Below are positions 58,113 through 64,000 of a stretch of 64,000 nucleotides of DNA, piece after piece (position 1 is the stretch's first letter; each line of letters begins with the position of its first letter). The translations under genes and the position numbers were made by a program. Under the pieces are notes generated by a model. It worked only from the letters and a program-made list of their open reading frames with translations, was not told the DNA's origin and searched no databases. This DNA comes from Nitrospirota bacterium (lineage in GTDB: Bacteria; Nitrospirota; Thermodesulfovibrionia; Thermodesulfovibrionales; UBA1546), in NCBI GenBank assembly GCA_016212165.1, contig JACRGY010000104.1, positions 45,836 to 109,835 of the forward strand. Direction: 5' to 3'.

Positions 58113-58940
58113 ATGGATTATCTTGAGTATTACAGCTTAAAAGAGCACCCGTTTTCGAATGTTGTTGATAACAGGTTTTACTATAAGGGCACACAGCATT
58201 CAGAAGCGCTGGTAAGGCTGAAATACGCCATTGATACAAAAAAGGGGCTGGCTGTTGTTATCGGCGATATAGGGACAGGCAAGACTACATTGGCGCGCAG
58301 GCTTCTCGAGGAGCTTGACGAGAGTGTCTATGAGGCAGTCCTTCTTGTTGTAATCCATTCTGCGGTAAGCGCTGACTGGCTGCTGAAAAAACTCGCAATA
58401 CAGCTTGGCGTGGCAGATGTAAAAGACGACAAGGTTGAGCTTCTGAGCCAGATATACAGAAGGCTTTATGAACTGGGTGAGCAGGGGAAAGCGGCAGTAG
58501 TTATTATTGATGAGGTCCAGATGCTTAAGTCCAAAGAGATAATGGAAGAATTCAGGGGCCTGTTAAATATGGAGATGCCCGAAGGAAAGATGGTGAACTT
58601 CATATTTGTCGGCCTGCCTGACCTGGACAGCGTGCTGTCGCTTGACGAGCCCTTAAAACAGAGGGTTGCTGTAAGGGTGAGGCTGAGGGCGCTTTCTGAA
58701 GAAAATACAAAGGATTATGTAGTCCATAGAATGCATGTAGCCGGCTGTCCCAAAAATCCGTTTACGGATGGAGCAATAAAGGTTATCTTCCAGTATTCAA
58801 GCGGAGTTCCGCGGCTGATAAATACTATTTGCGACAACGCGCTTCTTGATGGATATCTGTTCAAGGCGAATGCAATAGACGAGGCAATTATAAGGGCAGT
58901 TGCCGTTGATCTCGGGCTGAACGGGGAAGGAAAGATATAG
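58113..58940 (+). CDS. ExeA/GspA-like AAA ATPase (ATPase domain only)
   Basis: YLEYYSLKEHPF, GDIGTGKTT, IIDEVQ, GVPRLINTICDNAL. Confidence 0.9.
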   Translation: MDYLEYYSLKEHPFSNVVDNRFYYKGTQHSEALVRLKYAIDTKKGLAVVIGDIGTGKTTLARRLLEELDESVYEAVLLVVIHSAVSADWLLKKLAIQLGVADVKDDKVELLSQIYRRLYELGEQGKAAVVIIDEVQMLKSKEIMEEFRGLLNMEMPEGKMVNFIFVGLPDLDSVLSLDEPLKQRVAVRVRLRALSEENTKDYVVHRMHVAGCPKNPFTDGAIKVIFQYSSGVPRLINTICDNALLDGYLFKANAIDEAIIRAVAVDLGLNGEGKI

Positions 58941-59634
58941 TCTTTATCTGTAGTTTCACTGTATATCTTGAGAGTTCTATCTTTATCTTTGAGGGGTACC
59001 AGAAATTTCCATTGCTTACAGGGCCCTCATACAAAATCCTGAGTTCCCTGCCGTTATCAAGTTCTATTGTCTGATGAGTCGGCAGCATTGTTTTTTTATC
59101 AATAGCAATGCTCTGCCATGAATTCCTGAGCTGATAGATTCCATTTTGCTCTTCTATGTTATAGTCTTTAATCGTCCACCAGAGAATGCTGTTTCGTAAA
59201 CCGTCTACAAGGATTATTTTTTTATTTCTGCTGAGTTCGGGCTCGCTTTTAATAATGCCGTTTGCCTCTGTCAGTTCTGCTACGAGGAAACCTAATGAGT
59301 AAATCCGCAGGTCTAAAGTCTCATCTGTGAGTTCAAGGGCTGCATCTCCTGTTATTATGCTGTCATCTTTTTCAAACTCAACATAGAAGGTTGCTGCAAC
59401 GCTTTTTATGTCGCTGCGCTCGGCAATGGTTTTTTTTATATCGCTGCCTTCGTAACTGGGCAGTTCTACTCTCTTTGTTGAGCAGGAAGTCAGCAAAACC
59501 AGAGCAGAAAAGCAAAAGAGCAGAAGTCCTGCAGAATAAAAAATCTTTTTTATTATTTTGCTGATAGCTGACAGCTGACAGCTGACAGCTATCTTTTTAC
59601 CGTATCCCAATGGCTTCAAGCGCATCTTCAACAT
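58888..59634 (-). CDS. Lipoprotein, LolB/DUF4292-like (start uncertain)
   Basis: Lipobox LTSC; beta-rich body ending WYPSKIKIE; heptamer repeat near the 5' end. Confidence 0.6.
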   Translation of the reverse strand: MLKMRLKPLGYGKKIAVSCQLSAISKIIKKIFYSAGLLLFCFSALVLLTSCSTKRVELPSYEGSDIKKTIAERSDIKSVAATFYVEFEKDDSIITGDAALELTDETLDLRIYSLGFLVAELTEANGIIKSEPELSRNKKIILVDGLRNSILWWTIKDYNIEEQNGIYQLRNSWQSIAIDKKTMLPTHQTIELDNGRELRILYEGPVSNGNFWYPSKIKIELSRYTVKLQIKTISFLPRSARDQRQLPL

Positions 59635-60952
59635 CCTTTACCCCGAATATCTCAAGTCCAAAAAATTCCTTGAGCCTGCCCTGATTGGTCCTGGACATTA
59701 CCGCCTTCTTAAACCCTATCTTTGCAGCCTCTTTAATCCTCTGTTCTGCGTATGCAACGGCCCTTATCTCACCGGAAAGGCCGACCTCTCCAAACATGAA
59801 TACCTTTGGGTCAATGGGTATTTCCCTGAGAGAAGATGCTATTGTTGTTACAATCCCCAGGTCAATTGCAGGCTCGATGATTTTAAGCCCGCCGACAACA
59901 TTTATGAATATATCCATCCCTCCCAGGTGCAGCCCTGCATTTTTCTCAAGCACTGCGGTCAGAAGATTTACCCTGTTAAAATCTACTCCGATACTTGTCC
60001 TTCTCGGCATCCCGAATGTTGTCGGCGATACCAATGCCTGAATCTCAACCATCAAGGGCCTTGTGCCTTCTATGCTTGCAATGACTGTTGAACCCGAGAC
60101 ATTAAGAGGCCTTTCTGCCAGAAATAATTCAGAAGGGTTTTCTATTTCAGAAAGCCCTGCATCAGTCATCTCAAATACGCCTATCTCATTTGTTGAACCG
60201 AAACGGTTCTTGACAGTCCGTAATATTCTATAGGGATGCCCCCTGTCTCCTTCAAAATAAAGGACTGTATCAACGATATGTTCCAGTACCCTGGGGCCTG
60301 CAATTGCGCCTTCTTTCGTAACATGGCCGATTATGAATACAGGGATTTCAGATTTCTTGGCAAAAAGCATGAGCCTTGCCGCACACTCCCTCACCTGGCC
60401 GACTGAACCCGGCGCTGAGAATATCTCCTCTGTGTACATTGTCTGGATTGAGTCAACGACAATCACACCCGGGTTGAGTTTTGAGGCTGTATCAATAATG
60501 CCTTCAAGAGATGTTTCAGCAAGAAGGATTATCCTGTCAGAATCTATAGAGAGCCGCTCCGCCCTCATCTTTATCTGTTCGGGAGATTCCTCGCCTGACA
60601 CATAAAGGGCGCTCTCATATTTTTTTGAGAGCCCTAACATTGCCTGCATGAGAACTGTTGATTTTCCTATTCCCGGGTCGCCGCCGACAAGAATCACAGA
60701 GCCTGCAACTACTCCTCCGCCCAAAACCCTGTCAAGCTCTTTAATGCCTGTGGTTGTACGTTTTTCTTTTCCGCTGGTTATTGTATTCAGGGGCTGGGGT
60801 TCCGGCCTGCCTGGCGGCCTTCTGCCCTGCCTGCTCTCTTTTTTCTCCTCGACAAGGGTGTTCCATTCCCCGCAGTCAGGACATTTGCCGAGCCATTTGG
60901 GGCTGACATATCCGCATGCCTGGCACTGGAAGAAGGTCTTAACTTTTGCCAT
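59597..60952 (-). CDS. radA: DNA repair protein RadA/Sms
   Basis: CQACG...CPDCG Zn finger, GGDPGIGKST, KNRFG, C-terminal Lon-like domain. Confidence 0.97.
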   Translation of the reverse strand: MAKVKTFFQCQACGYVSPKWLGKCPDCGEWNTLVEEKKESRQGRRPPGRPEPQPLNTITSGKEKRTTTGIKELDRVLGGGVVAGSVILVGGDPGIGKSTVLMQAMLGLSKKYESALYVSGEESPEQIKMRAERLSIDSDRIILLAETSLEGIIDTASKLNPGVIVVDSIQTMYTEEIFSAPGSVGQVRECAARLMLFAKKSEIPVFIIGHVTKEGAIAGPRVLEHIVDTVLYFEGDRGHPYRILRTVKNRFGSTNEIGVFEMTDAGLSEIENPSELFLAERPLNVSGSTVIASIEGTRPLMVEIQALVSPTTFGMPRRTSIGVDFNRVNLLTAVLEKNAGLHLGGMDIFINVVGGLKIIEPAIDLGIVTTIASSLREIPIDPKVFMFGEVGLSGEIRAVAYAEQRIKEAAKIGFKKAVMSRTNQGRLKEFFGLEIFGVKDVEDALEAIGIR

Positions 60953-60954
60953 TC

Positions 60955-61833
60955 TCAAGCTATCTCCGTCCCTATGCCCTCTTTTGTAAATATCTCAAGC
61001 AGGAGGCAGTGAGAGATGCGGCCGTCAATGATATGCGTCTTTGAAACCCCGCTTTCAATGGCTTTGACGCAGGCGTTTACCTTTGGTATCATGCCGCCGG
61101 AGATTGTGTTGTCAGAAAGCAATTTTTTAATATTTTTCTCTGTGAGAGTTGAGATTGTATTTCCTTTTTTATCTCTTATGCCCGGCACATCTGTGAGGAG
61201 TATGAGTTTTTCAGCCTTTAGTTTTGAGGCTATGGCTGAGGCGACAAAATCAGCATTTATATTAAGAGTTTCTCCGTGCCGGCCTATGCCAATCGGAGAT
61301 ATGACAGGTATGAAATTTTCCTTTTCAAGGCTTTTGATAACCTGTGAGTTTATATCTGTTACCTCGCCAACCAGCCCAAGGTCAATTATCTCTTCAACGG
61401 CTGTATCGGCTGAAGTCTTTTTCATGAGTTTCTTTTTTGCCTTTATTAGTTCTCCGTCTTTTCCGCTTAAGCCGATGGCTTTTCCGCCGTGCTTGTTTAT
61501 CAATGAAACTATCTCCTTGTTCACAAGCCCGCCGAGCACCATCTCAACAATGTCCATTGTCTCTTTGTCAGTGACACGCTGGCCCTGAATAAAGGTGGGC
61601 TTCTTGCCCATCTTCTCCATTGTTGAGCTTATCTTTGGCCCGCCGCCGTGCACAATCACAGGCCGGATCCCTATGAAGCTCAGAAGCGATATGTCTTGGG
61701 CAAAGGAATCTTTTAAATTTTCCTCAACTTGTGCAGCTCCGCCGTATTTTATGACAAAGGTCTTTCCCGAGAAAGTCCTGATATACGGCAATGCCTCAAT
61801 AAGTATGTTTGCTTTTGTGATTATGTCTTTCAT
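60955..61833 (-). CDS. argB: Acetylglutamate kinase
   Basis: Motifs EALPYI, IKYGG, VHGGG, NINAD, LTDVPG, GGMIPK. Confidence 0.97.
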   Translation of the reverse strand: MKDIITKANILIEALPYIRTFSGKTFVIKYGGAAQVEENLKDSFAQDISLLSFIGIRPVIVHGGGPKISSTMEKMGKKPTFIQGQRVTDKETMDIVEMVLGGLVNKEIVSLINKHGGKAIGLSGKDGELIKAKKKLMKKTSADTAVEEIIDLGLVGEVTDINSQVIKSLEKENFIPVISPIGIGRHGETLNINADFVASAIASKLKAEKLILLTDVPGIRDKKGNTISTLTEKNIKKLLSDNTISGGMIPKVNACVKAIESGVSKTHIIDGRISHCLLLEIFTKEGIGTEIA

Positions 61834-61884
61834 AATAGCGACTCCATTATAAATAATTTTATGTAATGAGAGGAATATTTCTTC

Positions 61885-62466
61885 TCATTTTTTTTCAAAA
61901 CACGGCATACACACCATCTTACCATTTTTCACCCTCAACCTCGGCTCCATGGTCTTCTCACCACACTTTTCACACCTGACGCTCGGGTATATCCTTGCCG
62001 CATCAGGCAGAGTGACCGTTACATTTTTGATTTTAAAGAGTTCGCTATCTTTTGCCTTTAGAATCGAATCTATTTTTTTTGTTTTTCTTTTGTGGACAGC
62101 TTTCATGACTGTAGTTGAGCGATTGCCCTTCATATATCTCTGCCACATCTCTTTTTCTTTTTCTGTCTCAGGAGGAGGCGTCCAGTCAATAGATATCCTG
62201 ATAGCCTTGCCTGAAGGCCTTTTTATGAATGTGTAGACCTGTTTGCCATAGTCTTTAAATATCAGATTCCCTTTCCCGAAGGTGCATCCTGTCATGACCT
62301 GAACTGCGTCAACAGCGCATGAGTTGTTTTCGACAATTGCAACAATCTCTTCGTCAGAGGCTTTCCTGCCGAGTTCTTTCAGGGCAAATGCAGATACCCT
62401 GTAACCGAGCGCAAGGCCCGGGCACATATGGCCGTGAAACTTAACAACCTCATCAAGTTTTTTCAT
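61885..62466 (-). CDS. FmdE family protein with C-terminal Zn finger
   Basis: FHGHMCPGL, CAVDAVQ...GCTFGKGN, CEKCGE...CMPC. Confidence 0.9.
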   Translation of the reverse strand: MKKLDEVVKFHGHMCPGLALGYRVSAFALKELGRKASDEEIVAIVENNSCAVDAVQVMTGCTFGKGNLIFKDYGKQVYTFIKRPSGKAIRISIDWTPPPETEKEKEMWQRYMKGNRSTTVMKAVHKRKTKKIDSILKAKDSELFKIKNVTVTLPDAARIYPSVRCEKCGEKTMEPRLRVKNGKMVCMPCFEKK

Positions 62467-62475
62467 GGATTGATT

Positions 62476-63273
62476 TTATATCCTCTCGTCATAATGCTTA
62501 ATTAAGGTGCTGTAACCCTCATCTGCAAGGGCCTTTGCAACGCGGTAGGCATCATCCTTTGTGCTGAATTTTCCAATATTAACCCTGAAATAGGCGCTGT
62601 CATTCACTTCTGCCTTTGTGATATAGACCTTGCTGTATTTAAACTCAAGTGCTGTTTTCATGCGCGTGGCATTGGACATATCTTTATACGAGCCAACCTG
62701 TATTGTGAAGGGCCCTTCACTGCCTGCCCTTGCAGGAGAATACCGCACCTCTTTAACATATCTTGTATCCCTGCCGAGATGTTCAATCCTGACCTTGCCT
62801 GTTCCGGTGCCTATCAAGCCTATCTCTTTTGCACACGCGTAAGAGAGGTCCAAATCCCTTCCGGCAATAAACGGCCCGCGGTCATTTACGGTGCACTCCA
62901 CACTTTTGTCGTTTGATATATTTGTCACCTTGAGCCTTGTTCCAAAAGGGTATTCCTTATGAGCGCATGTTTTTGTATACATATTATAAAGCTCTCCTGA
63001 TGACGTTGGCCTGCCATGGAAATCAGACCCGTACCATGAGGCAACTATATTTTTAGATTTAGGGACAGCCGCATCAGACGGTTTTGTACGAGTCGGTTTT
63101 GTCTCAGACGGGCTTGCCTTTGGATAGCTTGTCTCAGGATACGCCTCATAATGTATCGGCGCGCAGGAGGCAAATATAAAAAGTATCAGGATGCAAGATG
63201 CAAGATGCATGATGCGGGATAAAAATATCATGCGTTTTGAATCATGTGTTATGCATTGTATATCGTGAATCAT
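62476..63273 (-). CDS. rlpA: Septal ring lytic transglycosylase RlpA with SPOR domain
   Basis: Lipobox FASC, ASWYG..FHG, VNDRGPF, DLS, IQVGSY (SPOR); start uncertain because of a heptamer repeat tract. Confidence 0.88.
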   Translation of the reverse strand: MIHDIQCITHDSKRMIFLSRIMHLASCILILFIFASCAPIHYEAYPETSYPKASPSETKPTRTKPSDAAVPKSKNIVASWYGSDFHGRPTSSGELYNMYTKTCAHKEYPFGTRLKVTNISNDKSVECTVNDRGPFIAGRDLDLSYACAKEIGLIGTGTGKVRIEHLGRDTRYVKEVRYSPARAGSEGPFTIQVGSYKDMSNATRMKTALEFKYSKVYITKAEVNDSAYFRVNIGKFSTKDDAYRVAKALADEGYSTLIKHYDERI

Positions 63274-63290
63274 GTATCTTGTATCTTGCT

Positions 63291-64000
63291 TTAGAGTATA
63301 TACCTGCTTAGATCCTCGTCTTTAACAATATCAGCAAGTTTGCTTTTTACGTATTCCCTGTCTATGGATAATTTCCCGTTTTTCTTTTCAGGCGCTTCAA
63401 AGGATATATCTTCAAGGAGCTTCTCAAGGACTGTGTGAAGCCTTCTTGCGCCTATGTTTTCAGTCTTCTCATTAACAGTTGCTGCAATGCCGGCTATCTC
63501 TTCTATGGCGTCTTTCCTGAAATCTATCTCTACATCCTCTGTTGCCAGGAGCGCTGTGTATTGTTTTGTGAGGGCATTATAGGGTTCTGTAAGAATTCTC
63601 ACAAATTCATTTTTCCCCAATGGGTCAAGCTCAACCCTGATAGGAAACCTTCCCTGAAGCTCGGGAATGAGGTCGGATGGTTTTGACATATGGAATGCGC
63701 CTGCTGCTATAAAAAGGATGTGGTCTGTTTTCACAGGGCCGTGTTTTGTTGTGACAGTTGTGCCTTCAACTACCGGCAGGAGGTCTCTCTGCACTCCTTC
63801 CCTTGATACATCAGGCCCGTGGCTTGAGCCCCTGCTTGCTATCTTATCTATCTCGTCTATAAATATAATTCCTGTCTGTTGTATCCTGTCAATTGCCTCT
63901 TTGGTGACCTTGTCCATGTCAATGAGTTTGTTTGCCTCTTCCTGCACCAGCAGCCTCAGGGCCTCGGGTACTTTTACTTTTTTTCTTTTGGCCTTTTCAG
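63291..64000 (-). CDS. hslU: ATP-dependent protease ATPase subunit HslU, C-terminal part (start outside window)
   Basis: Motifs [44 protein letters not shown]. Confidence 0.96.
   Translation of the reverse strand, partial: EKAKRKKVKVPEALRLLVQEEANKLIDMDKVTKEAIDRIQQTGIIFIDEIDKIASRGSSHGPDVSREGVQRDLLPVVEGTTVTTKHGPVKTDHILFIAAGAFHMSKPSDLIPELQGRFPIRVELDPLGKNEFVRILTEPYNALTKQYTALLATEDVEIDFRKDAIEEIAGIAATVNEKTENIGARRLHTVLEKLLEDISFEAPEKKNGKLSIDREYVKSKLADIVKDEDLSRYIL

Noticed and set aside
1-64000. CRISPR array or cas genes
   Set aside because: No run of 25-45 bp repeats with unique similar-length spacers; direct repeats occur only in pairs around genes; no Cas motifs in the ORF track.

Overview
Bacterial chromosomal window of moderate GC. 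Gene content and order suggest a Nitrospirota/Thermodesulfovibrionia-like anaerobe; this is an inference, not a database assignment. The backbone is housekeeping: thiE, panB, argH, rpsO-pnp, iscR-tusA-iscS-iscU, three tRNAs, tadA, purC, pepA, ribD, aconitase, lysA, romR-like-valS-nadC, argC-rpsI-rplM, radA-argB and hslU. Small accessory patches are scattered through it. The best candidate for an undescribed system is an AT-rich four-gene unit at 48.7-52.2 kb: a KTSC-like protein, a GIY-YIG nuclease, a 63-aa protein, and a Rad50/RloC-like zinc-hook ABC-ATPase with a HEPN-like C-terminus and a Zn ribbon. It is bounded by the same pair of end motifs as an unrelated single-gene cassette at 11.8-12.5 kb, which points to a transposase-less cargo-cassette family. 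Three other cargo segments are bracketed by 33-44 bp direct repeats. A GTAG-type REP doublet and several heptamer arrays sit in frame inside core genes (P-type ATPase, ValS). A yybP-ykoY Mn2+ riboswitch precedes a YqhA + P2A-ATPase operon. No CRISPR array, rRNA, integrase or transposase gene was found. Family calls come from motif recognition only, without database searches.
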